A DNA stretch of 64,000 nucleotides from Camelus dromedarius (lineage: Eukaryota), in assembly GCF_036321535.1 (NCBI RefSeq), contig NC_087472.1, forward strand, positions 92,754,001 to 92,818,000. Reading direction: 5' to 3'. The notes under the pieces were generated by a model. That model searched no databases, was not told the origin of the DNA, and saw nothing but the letters and a program-made list of their open reading frames with translations. Position numbers and translations under genes: made by a program. Within the stretch, counting starts at the first letter, position 1, and every line of letters begins with the position of its first letter. This document shows positions 26,167 to 37,424 of this stretch, piece after piece.

Positions 26167-27669
26167 CTTATATGTCTTGTACAACTTTTTTTTGCAAGAT
26201 ATTTAACAAAAGAGATGGTAGATTGTTCATCTTTAATCCCCTGAAGAATTCAGTCCAACTGCTTCTTTATAGTATGCTATGCTTGAAAATATTTGCTAGA
26301 TATAAAAGAGTAACTAGAACTGACTAGTGTATATGAAAGGACAATGCCTATAGCACCGCCAGTTCCAAAGTTATTACAGATACATGGGTTTTATAAAGTG
26401 AAAAAGCATGTAGCTACAAAAATAAGCACTCCATAAGCTTCCAAAACCATAATCACCAAAGCTATGGGGAAACTGTATAAACAATTTTCAGAATACAATT
26501 CATAGATATGGAAAACAAAGAATGAAGTGATAAACCTAACAAAGATAAATCATTTCACCTTCTTTTACTAAAACTTCCTATAATTCTGTTTTTTAAATAA
26601 GGAATCCAAAAGTCAAATCTCTACAAATATGTAAACATTTTAACCTCTTTTATACCCAGGCACAGCTGATGCCAAAGTTACTGAGCACACAGTACAGTAA
26701 GAATTCGATAAATGTTTGTCAACAATTATATACAGAATTTACTACTTTGTCCTTTGGGAAGATGAAGGGGCTTCAACATTAGGTCAGAAATGCATAAAAC
26801 CCTAAAAGAAACTAACAAATATAGCTGTACACATGCCATATAAATACTCATAACTGATAAACAGAGATTCTCTTTAGAGTTTGTTAGTATATTGGTGCCT
26901 GTGTGTGTAATAAATTTGAAAATATATTTATAATAGTTAAAGCTCTAAGAAATTTGTCTTTTTTAAAATACAGAACACTACCGACCAAAAACTTCCTTTC
27001 AAAATGAACCTCATTCTTTTGGGATATGCAGATAAGAGAATTTGCTTTTTCAAGTTAACTCCGACCGATGACCAGTGTTTCCTATTTGCTTCACCATCCT
27101 CGGGACCTCCCAACCTATTCCAGGCCCAGTCCCCTAGACCAGCAGGAAAATGAGTGGTTTACCACAGATTCATCCCTCCATGTTCTTTACTTTCATATTT
27201 CTACCACCTGCTCTTATTTACATTAGTGAACAACTGAAAAATATTTCCTGACTTTGCTTCCTCCTCTTGATAATCTGAATCATAATAACAAGACCTTAAT
27301 GGCAGCAACATATTTTAAAAAAGAATTTTTAAAACACTTTATAATTTGAATGTATTTGTCTACATAATTTGAACTCTGATGATACAGAGCTACAAACTGA
27401 CATGATGATTATTTCATTGAAAATATAATTCTTTGTCTCCTTAAAAAAATCTCAGTGAAAATTTCTATTAAAAAAATACCCAAGGAACAGAAATCTGTAC
27501 ACATTTCTAAACATAAGGCAATAAATTGGAGAAAATAAATGTCTGGAAAATATTAGGGTCAATTAAAATAAACTCTGAACAATAAGTAATTCATTCGAAG
27601 TTTTCTTCCCATGTTTGTTTTCTCTGTTCCTTCTGTGTTTATTAGTGCATTTTCATCAACTCTGAAAAA

Positions 27670-27683
27670 CCACCAGAGGGCAC
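27670..27683 (+). promoter_or_regulatory. Candidate CTCF binding site
   Basis: CCACCAGAGGGCAC fits the core consensus CCASYAGRKGGCRC at every position, in unique AT-rich DNA. Confidence 0.6.
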
Positions 27684-29235
27684 TGGAGAGTCCTTACTTT
27701 ATAGGACATTTTTATAGGAAAAACAGGAAGAATCTTCTTTTCAAATTTAAGTTGTCCTTTTTTCTAATATGAACATATTTAAGAAAACATATTAATTTTT
27801 CAGAGTATTAAACCTTTTCTTATCATTGATAAAAATCATTTCCCTTTATCATTCACTTTATCATATGTGGAATACAAAGTAACTGAAATATGCTTTTAGA
27901 AATCAAAGTAAAATGCCAATGATAGAACTTCACTCAAATAAAGTAGCAATATTAACTAGGAAATATTTTAGTACAGTTAGTAAAACATAAATGACCAATG
28001 AATAGTGTTTAGGATACCCACAAGAGCCTTACCACTTTTTAAAGAAATGTTTATACATAATCCTCAGAGATTTTTACCAGTTATTCGTTGTCATTGCCCT
28101 AAAGCAACATTTTCCATGCAAGGCAGCACTCTAGATGTCTTAAGAGACTACAACTCTACAAAAGGAAATTTGCCGTAAATAAGTAAAAATGGGCTAAAAC
28201 ATGGCTTAGTATTTTGAACTGCCAAACCTAATTTCACTTAGACACATCAGCACCTGCAAAGAAAAGTACTTTATTTTTACTTTAGCTTTGAAAGTATATA
28301 GCATGTGCTTTTTAACAAGACTAAAAAACATAATTTTTTCCTTAATCGAAACTGTTTTAAACTGTTAACATCCTCTGGCCTGTGGTGTTAGGAAAACTGT
28401 AGCATGAAGTTAAATGTAGCCACTGAGGGGCCTCAAGCAATCTGACTACAAACTCCATCCATCTAAATTTGCTTGATCAATTTGGGAATATATAAAATAT
28501 GTCACAGAAAAAAGGTACCACCTTATGTACTGAGTATTCATTAAAGGTGTTCAATAAATGCTTACAAAATGAACAAAAGGATAAACTTCTATTTCTACTG
28601 ATGATGTTGTAATTCAAAAGTTTTACTTTATGAAAATGGCAACTGAAATCCTGAAAGGTTCAGGGACTTGTCCCCAGTCAACAAGGTTTGGTAGGGGCTG
28701 GACTTAAACCTAAGTTTCCTAATTTCCAATTCTGTAGGTTTCATAATACTCAACAGAACAATCTAAACTACTTCTGTAAAAAAATAACTCAGAGTGTTTT
28801 TTTAGTGATCATCACTGTAGACAAAAGTTGGCATGTCAACATTAGTTGTCTGTAGAAATGGTCTGCAATAGTCAACATGAAGATTAGCCATGGAAAATTT
28901 TAATACACTTGTAAGCCAACTTTCCCACCTGTTTGTATGAAGTAAGGGAATGAAAATTGAATCAGTATTACCCTACCATCAGGAGATTAGTCTTTGCAAA
29001 CTTATTTCAAACCTAGGTAAAAGAATTTGTGATTGGAGAAAAATTTTTCCTTTCTATAGGACAGTAATTCTTATTATCATGGATGACCAAGAGTTGTATA
29101 CTTGTTATACATAAATAGAAAAAAATAATAAAAGTAACAATTTCTAAGAGTTAAACTTTAAAACATAAACAGCCACCATAATATACTGATTTTTATATAA
29201 TATATATTTTTTAATCTGACAACTTCTTTCGAATC

Positions 29236-29575
29236 TCAAGATGAGATCATCCTGGATTATCCAAGTAGACTAAGTCCAATGACAAGTGTCCTGATAAGAG
29301 AAAGACAAAGGGAGATTAGAGACACAGAGGAGATGTCCATGTAAAGATGGAGGCAGAGACTGGAATGATGCAGATACAAACCAAGGAACACCAGAAGCCA
29401 CCAGAAGCTGGAAGAGGCATGGAAGGATTCTCCCCTACAGCCTTCAGTGGGAACATGGCCTTGCTGAGACCTTGATTTCAGATTTTTGGCCTCCAGAACT
29501 GTGAGAATAGATTTCTGTTGGTTTATGTCCCCCAGTTTGTAGTAATTTGTTACAGCAGCCACAGGAAACTAATAG
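29236..29575 (+). mobile_element. MaLR LTR (MLT1B/C-like), 5'-truncated
   Basis: ctcaagatgagatcatcctggattatcc...ccagaagctggaagaggc...ggcctccagaactgtgaga...ggaaactaata. Confidence 0.88.
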
Positions 29576-30628
29576 AACTCCAGACCAATAAATTCATCAG
29601 CTCATTATTTCCAGTGGTTGTCACAGCTCATAGGCTCCAGACTGAACTCATTCTATCTCCAATCCCTGAAAAACTGTCCTTCTTCCTCTCTCTGTAATTG
29701 ATGACAACATCAATATAACTTCTCAAATTATTTCACAATCCAACTCCAAACATTCACTTGATCCCATTTATTCTTCTTCAGAAACATACTTTCAGTCCCT
29801 ATGACTGCTTTTCAGGACCTTAGTATAGAGGAATATCATTTTTACTGAGTCCCTGACTGGTCACTCTGGAATCTCATTACACTCTTTCCTACAGAGAGCA
29901 TTATTATTTGTCCACAAACAGATCTGATCACGCCACTCTCATATGTGACCCTTTAGAGCTTGATTGTGTTTCCTCCTCTGTAAGGGCAGCTTTACTGATG
30001 GACTGGTACAAACATTTGTGTAACACTATCACATATATATCAAGGAGTTTCATCTTTATGGTGTATAGAAGGCACCACAATAAACAGATCCGCCAATCAG
30101 AAGCCCAACCTCAAAGACCAAATTTTCTACTAAAGGGGATCTGCAATGCAATTCAGTATCTCATCCAAAACTTTCTGTTCCACAAGCTAAAATCCAAAAA
30201 TCAAAATATGTGAGACAGACGAAACCCTTCATACTCTATGCTCAGTCTACTTTCTGGGCTTCATCTTAGTCTCAATGACCTACCAACTGTTCTCTTAACA
30301 CAAGTGGTCCTTTCAAGTTTCTGTTCTTTGGAGATCTTTAATATGATTGATGGCATCACAATCCTCCTATTACGGAATTATTTCTCTACCTCTTTTTTTC
30401 AAATGTCCCACATCTAATCATCAAACTCAATGGATTCTGACTTTAAAGTTACTTTCTCTTCTGTCTTCCCTGTTCTCACTGCTGTTACTTTGAGTCAGGA
30501 TACCCTTTTTGTGTCAGACATTGCTGGCCGAAAGGAAAACAGACTTTTTTAGGATACCACAAGAAAAAAGAGTTACTTATGAAAGTATATTTGTGCAGTA
30601 CAGATGAGTCAAAAGTTATGAAGATCCA

Positions 30629-30740
30629 GAATATGAAAAATAATATATATGTGTGTGTATATACATATATATAGCTGAATCACTTTGCTGTACACCAGAC
30701 ACTAAAACAACATTGTAAATCAACTATATTTCAACTTTTT
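30629..30740 (+). mobile_element. Extremely 5'-truncated artiodactyl-type L1 3' end
   Basis: gctgaatcactttgctgtacaccag...acattgtaaatcaactata is nearly the same as the L1 end near 51520-51575; 17-bp TSD aaagttat(g/c)aagatcca at 30612 and 30741. Confidence 0.85.
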
Positions 30741-30774
30741 AAAGTTATCAAGATCCAAAGCATTACTAGAGTCT

Positions 30775-30870
30775 GTTTCTTCTCTTTCTCCTTCTCACCC
30801 TCCCTTCCTCCTTTGCTTTGCTTTGTTTTCTTTTCCCTTTTCCCCCTTTGCTCCGCAACTCCTCCTTTTT
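30775..30870 (+). repeat. Low-complexity pyrimidine-rich tract
   Basis: About 95 nt of mostly C/T. Confidence 0.75.
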
Positions 30871-31021
30871 TAAAATCACAGACCAAAAAATCACTCAGCA
30901 AAAATTTTCAACTTCCCTTTCTTATCTCCCCTATTTCTGTCTAATTTCTGAAAGATCATTCTTTCACTAATCTCTAATCCAAATTCAATAATAAGTTTGA
31001 TTGACTTAAATAATTATCAGT

Positions 31022-31481
31022 TGTGGAAGAGAGAATAGTGTACTCACCTTCCCAAAGATGTCCACATACTAATCCTTGGAACATATGACTGCTTTTTTCA
31101 CATGACAAAAGGGACTTTGCAGATTTCGTTACATTAAGGATCTTGAAATAAGGAGTTTTTCCTGGATTATCCAGGCAGGTCCAATGTAATCTCACAAGGG
31201 CTCTTATGAGGGAAAGAGGGAGGCAGGAGAGTCACAGCCAGAGAAGGAGATATGATGACTGAAGCAGAGGTTGAAGTGATAGGAGACCATGAGCCAAGGA
31301 AGGCAGGTAGCCATTAGAAGATGGAAAAGGCACTGAAACAGATTTTCCCCTAGAGCCTACACAAAGAACACAGCCCTACCAATCTATTTCAGACATCTAA
31401 CCTCCAGAACTGTAAGTATATGTTGCTTTAAGCTACTAGATTTTTGGTAACTTGTTAAAGCAGCAACTGGATACTAATACA
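31022..31481 (+). mobile_element. MaLR solo LTR (MLT1C/D-like)
   Basis: tgtggaagagagaatag...cccaaagatgtccaca...gggactttgcagat...ctaataca; flanks tcagt/acagt resemble a 5-bp TSD. Confidence 0.9.
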
Positions 31482-33824
31482 ACAGTGTCCTTAATTTCTA
31501 AGCCACCTTATAGATCACCTTCAAGTCTATAGGAGAATGTCCATGGATCAAGGGTTCATCCTCTGAATCCCTGCCTGCCACTGACTGACTCCCATTGCTG
31601 TCCCCTACTCCTCATTTCTCCCTTCAAATATGTCAAAGAATATACCTTTTATGACCTCCATGACACACTGTTACACTGCTATATTTACTAATTTGGAATA
31701 TTCCCCTCCCCATTGAAATCCTACTCATCTTGCAGGTTCAACAATATTGACTTTTATCTTCTCCATGTAAATTCACCACGAATTAGGCACCAGTATCCAC
31801 AAATGATGTTAATTTATGCCAACTCTATATGAAACTGTACTGACAACTAAAAGTGAACAAGTAAGTTTATGGTGAAATTCTTAGGTATATCACATGATTA
31901 TTAACAAAGATACTGGATAATTCTATTTTGTCAGGTGTAAGCTCCATTTGTTTGTTAGACTATTCTAATTAAAGACATTTCAAATGAATATTAAAATTAT
32001 TCTAGATCTAATTCAAAATTTATTTTTAAAAAACAAGACAAACAGAAGAGAGGGATGGATTTTTTCCCAAGAAAAAGTAAAGTGCATTTGTTTAACTTCA
32101 AAAAGTAAAGAAATAAAGCCTAAGAAGTCTGGTCTTATAAGGTACCCCAAAGGAAAAATAGGAGAAATGTTTCATACTTTTTGACATGTTTGACAAACTG
32201 GGAATAAACACATGGTAACATAATAAAAGGCAGATGCTGGGGGACTGGGTTGTCTCTTAATCATGTGGAATTAAGCTCACTGACATCCAGGAATGCCCAA
32301 GAGATCTGATACACATAAATCACATTGGCAAGGGATGGAAACGCACCACTACACTTTCTCACTCCTATTCAGTTAAATCTCATTTTCTTTCCACAGTAGC
32401 ATAATTTCTTTTACCTAAAGAAATGATGACCCAGAAATAACACAAAGATTAGAACCTAAACTGTGTGTTTGGTTATTTAATGACTCTTATCTCTTATGAG
32501 TCTGGGAAACCCTCAAGAAACCTGCTTTCCTCTTGCTGTCAAGAAGAAGTACATCTGAATCATTTTACACAAACAAGTGTCCACTGTCAAGTTCTAGAAT
32601 GAAGAAAAGATACTTCCTGTGGTAACTCTTTTATTCTCTAATAGCTGGCTGCTTTGAGTAACTCTGATATATCATAAATACATTCTAGAACAAGATGTAA
32701 TCTTTGGTTTATAGATTATAGCCACTTACTCTTCTCCATATGCTCTAATAATTGTGAATACCTTTTTTTCCCCTCTACCAAAGTCACTTGTTTATGTATC
32801 GTATATCAGGAATCTTGAAACACACCCTTTCATGGTGGTCTGTACTGAACAATACCATTAAAACCAAAATGTCTACATGATGACAGTACTTCTTTAAAGC
32901 AGCAGTAAGTGTAGTAAAAGTCCAATATGCTAATAGTTAAAGAATCATTTTCTTGCCCTTCTAACAGATTTTGAACTGCATTTAAATCTCATCAAAACAC
33001 TCATGATTTGCAAAGGTCCACTGTCTTCATGTAAACCCTTAGTGTGTCTTAGATATCACTTATTCTAAGCTTGTATCTTTTGCTTCAGTGGTCTCATATT
33101 ATATATTATATTACTGCCTATTTAAGAAAAAAAACATTTTCCTTAAATAGCTTTATTTTATTTTGCCTTCATTTTTCTAATACTGTGCTGGTCTTACAGC
33201 ATCCTCACACAGAACCCAGCCTGAACACTAAAGCTACACATCCATTCATTCATACAATCATCAGTTCATTAAGACATTTCCTTGAATCCTGACTGGGAAA
33301 CACACACCATATTTGGCACTTAGAAGTTAAAAGCATACACAGACCACAGTTCTTGCACTCGCCATCTTATATTCTAGGGATGGTTATGAGAGCAGAGAGA
33401 AACAGGCAAAAGGTCTGGATCCCTTTCTCTTCCCTAATCTCTATATTCAAGTTCCTCTAGCTTCATTTCTCTTCAGTGCCTCAAGCTATTAGGCCAAATT
33501 ACAACTCACACTTCAGTTCCTCGAAAGCACTATTCTCATATTTTGTATGTAATATTCCTTCAACAGTCTACATTATCTCCATGGCCCTGAATCCTATCCC
33601 AAATTCTCTTAGTTACACAAAATAAAAATAAGCATTTAAGAATAGCCATTATTAACAGAAACCACACTGTCCTCTTGGAATGACCTTGTAAAGATACAGA
33701 ATTTCATAGACTTTAACCCTTCAAACAAAGCAATGACAATGTTTTTATACTTTAAACGTGTTCTACAAAGACACAAAGGGAACATTCAAAATAGATTATT
33801 TGAAGACAAATACACTAATAAACT

Positions 33825-33881
33825 AGAGGGAGGGAGGAAAGAGAGGCGGGGGAGGGAGGGACAGAGAGAGAGAAACAGAGG
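33825..33881 (+). repeat. Purine-rich GGGA/GA low-complexity tract
   Basis: agagggagggaggaaagagaggcgggggagggagggacagagagagagaaacagagg. Confidence 0.85.
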
Positions 33882-36800
33882 CAAACCAATCAACCAACAA
33901 AAACAGTAAGTTAAACTTTCTAAATTAGTTGAGATACGAAGACCGTACAAGCAAGCATTAGCTTTACATGTGGTTTCTGTACAGAATTCTATAAATGAAA
34001 ACAACTCAAATGTTTACTTACTAAATTGCTACAAAGCTTCACATACTCTAGGAGAATGGATAATATTGATAGTCTTTGCCTCTTTCTTCAAGTGTTGCTT
34101 ATAAAAACTAAAAGCAAGGTACAAAATTGTTCCAAGAGAAACATGTATTGTGTAAAAAAGGCTGAATATTTGCTTGCATAGATATTAAAGGCCTTGATTC
34201 TAAATGTATGCAAAACTTCAGGACACTACCTGAGAGATCAGATTGAATCCTTAACTGTTATAATCATATACATATCCAAAGTGATATTTGAAACAAAACA
34301 TTATAAAATTGAATTTTTAATATTTCAGTCAAGGATTTTATGATAATGGAACTGCCTTTTTAACACTTAATTTGTTCCTTAAATTAATAGCAATGGGGGT
34401 GTAAGCCAATGTGATAAAAATAATACATCTCCGGCTTGTTTATGAAGAGTTCCTATTGCTTTCAAATTAGTTCTGTTAATGAGAAACAAATACCTACTTT
34501 TAAGTTTTTATGGAATGACCATATGTGTTTATCTAAAGTAAACACCATACACAACTGACATGCCATAAAAAATTCAACATTACTGTGAGCATTATAATCA
34601 TATTTAATATATTCTCAGTTATTCAAATATCTAGTTTTTGTTTTCTAGTAGTCACAGAGAATTAAAAATAATATTCTAGTAAAAGACATATGAAAAAGCA
34701 TTGGGTTCTGAATCATGTTTAATGACCTTTCAAAAAGATTTATAAAATTACAAATAAAAAAGAGAATTAAGAAGAAGAAAGAACAAGGGTAAGTATTCCT
34801 CTTGGTTAATATGTGAAATCAAATATCAAAAATTGATTTTTATTTCCTGGCCTTGGTGCCTCTGGTTTTATAGGTTGGGCTGGATGTGAAGATTGAGCCA
34901 TCAATTTTTTAAGGAGAAGATGCCAAGTGTTCTCCTCCTCTACTTGATCTATGGAGATCAGTAACGACGCTCTTCAGTAAGCTACATATCTGCTTTTCTC
35001 AACAAAGGTGCCATGGTAACAGGCATCCGCTGAAATGAGTACAAGCTATGAAACTATATGGGTAAAGTAATATTATCTAAATTGTACACTTAATATTAAA
35101 AAATCAAACAAACTTCCATCCAGCAGGGTCTTAACACAGATACCAGAGGAAGCTATCTTAATTTACATTATACAGAAAAGAAAACAAATAGACCATGTCA
35201 CTAAATCTCAGTACTTGCCTTGTCATTTTTACATTATAACACAGAAAACACAGTTAGTTTGGGAGGTATTAATTAGCTATGTGACAACTATATGCATAAA
35301 TAAAAGAGAACAAGGTCTCAGAATTCTGCCAAACCTAGGGCAACATTTTACTACCACTCTCCTAAAATAATTATACCATCAAAATAAAAATTGAACTTGA
35401 GACAGGTCACTGAGTTTTCTCAGGTCCCTGAAACAGAAGGAGATATGAATTTTCCAACTGTCCCACATGGCTAGCACAGCTCCCATGTTTCCCAAACACA
35501 CAAAGTTAAGTTTTGATTCAATTAACATTTTCCCCAAAATTAGTATATAGACAGAATGGACCTGGCACCACTATCTGATGATGGGAGAAAAAAATCACAC
35601 TTGCATTTTGATAAATAAATCATAGATCTGACATATACCAAAATAAAAACAAATTTTGTATAATAAAGTATAATAACCAGAAAAAAAGAAGTTTTTAAGA
35701 TTCAATCAATATTTCCATTCTGGGGAGTTTCGTTTTGTTATAATACTCATACAGATGCGTGTTTCTCTTCTACGTGGCCAGATTCATGTTAAGTGTTTTT
35801 AATGTAAATTGCTGTTCAAGAAAATAGCACTGCTATAGAAATTATCAGCTTTCATCACAATTTACTTCCCCTTCTACATACTCTAACTTACACGGGTATG
35901 CTCAACTTTCCTTGCAAGTGGCAGACAAAGAAATTAAGATAACTGCTATTTGCCAGTAATCCATTCGAAGTACAAAAGCTACTACATCATAATCCTGCCC
36001 TAGGGTTTTCTCTCATTCAAAAATATCCACCAAGAGGAACAGACAAAATAATGTGTATACATAGAAGCAGTATTTTTTTCATATTGCCTACAACCACATC
36101 AATGGCAGATACAACAGCTATACAATAACCACAAAGATCTAGAGTCCAGAGGCTCAGTCAAATTCCTTTTACTCTCAACCTCACATCATCAGCCCCTTGG
36201 GCAAGCACAAAGTACTCAGGGATCCCTCCCCAGACTTTCTTCCAAGGTGGGGCTCAGAAGAGCAGACTGCTCTCTACTTCCCTTGCATGTGGCTCTGTTC
36301 ATTGATTTAATCAATATGAATCTGAGGCCTGTCAACCTAAGGGACTGCAAATGGTTGCTGTAGCCGCACCTCAGTCCTTTCATTCCCTCTCCTTTCTGAA
36401 TTCCAAAGATACTTTTATTTGTGCAATTCTTGATATCACAACACTGTAGCCTCTTGCACATTCTCTTCTTTACCCCACTGTCTCTCTAGAACTAACAGAT
36501 AAGACATTCTAGTCCTAGGAACTAAACATAATACCCTTCTTCCTCCATTGTACCCAGAAGCTATAGCTTCAAAAATTCTGTACTCCTATGTAAAATGTGA
36601 GTGTGGCAAGACTGTGTATTATCCACGACTTGTTAGACATAATACAACCTCACACAAATAACAGTATTTATTCAATTGTCTCATACATTTTGCTAACTCC
36701 ATGTATCAACAGTCAACTGAAAACCAAGATGTCTGCTAACATGTAATGTTTTCCATAAGCCTCAACATTATGCTATTAAGCAGTTCCTTTCATATTACCA

Positions 36801-37318
36801 TTCTATTTTACCTCTGTATTTCCTCTTAACTTATTAGGATGTTTCCCCATGACACTTTCTTTAATAACTCTGGTGCTTTATTAAAATATCTGCAAAATAA
36901 TTCAGCAAATCAGCTGAAGTAAAATCCTAAAAAGAATCTGCCCTACACATAGCTGACATGGAAATGATGACAGTAAAAGGTAATGTGAAAAAAAATTCAT
37001 GATATTTCCATGCAAAACTTTAAATGACATTCTTTTTAAAAGAATGCTGAAAATCATACTATAAAATAAAATCATCTGCAAGCTTTGGTAATGAATTTAT
37101 TCCAATTCATTGTGATTAATGAAATAAGCCACATCTTTTTCAAGCTATTCCTACCTTTCTAATTCCCTGAGTTATGTTTCACTCATTTAAAGATAACTCT
37201 GCAGTATTTCCACAACATGGCTCCTGGTTAATTCTCAACCTTTCCACCAATGGCACACGTGTAAATGTAGCACCATCACATCAAGCCATAATGAAAGAAA
37301 AGGAAGAACACTGCTTAC

Positions 37319-37400
37319 CAGAACCTCTTTTGGTCACAACCTTCAAACTCTGAGTAAAAGTAGCATATAAGAGAATCAAGTGCGGAATCGGAGCTTTCAT
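37319..37400 (-). CDS. IL1RAPL1: IL1RAPL1 first coding exon, CDS part (signal peptide region, 27 codons + 1 nt, phase-1 donor)
   Basis: Minus-strand translation from the ATG at 37400 gives [27 protein letters not shown], matching the recalled N-terminus of mammalian IL1RAPL1. Kozak context AAGATGA; donor TCTG|GTAAGC at 37318. Too short for the supplied ORF track. Confidence 0.97.
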
Positions 37401-37424
37401 CTTCCAGCTCTTAAAGGCTGTTCC
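37319..37424 (-). other. IL1RAPL1: Complete IL1RAPL1 exon (106 nt, including 24 nt 5'UTR)
   Basis: Acceptor ttttcttttttatctttgctttag|GGAACAGCC at 37425/37424 with a long polypyrimidine tract; GT donor at 37318. Confidence 0.93.

Larger units (their letters stand above)
1..37318 (-). other. IL1RAPL1: IL1RAPL1 intron downstream of the first coding exon (partial)
   Basis: Follows the GT donor; the expected next exon (ADGCTDWS...) is not seen in the window, consistent with the very long introns of this gene. Confidence 0.88.

Noticed and set aside
29257..29562. 101-aa ORF, with similar ORFs at 30974, 40474, 43221 and 52548
   Set aside because: Antisense translations of MLT1 LTRs.
34789..34873. 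Plus-strand 85-nt mini-intron (GG|GTAAGT...ttttatag|G) suggesting an antisense transcript
   Set aside because: No promoter, ORF or other exons support it; such site pairs arise by chance in 64 kb.
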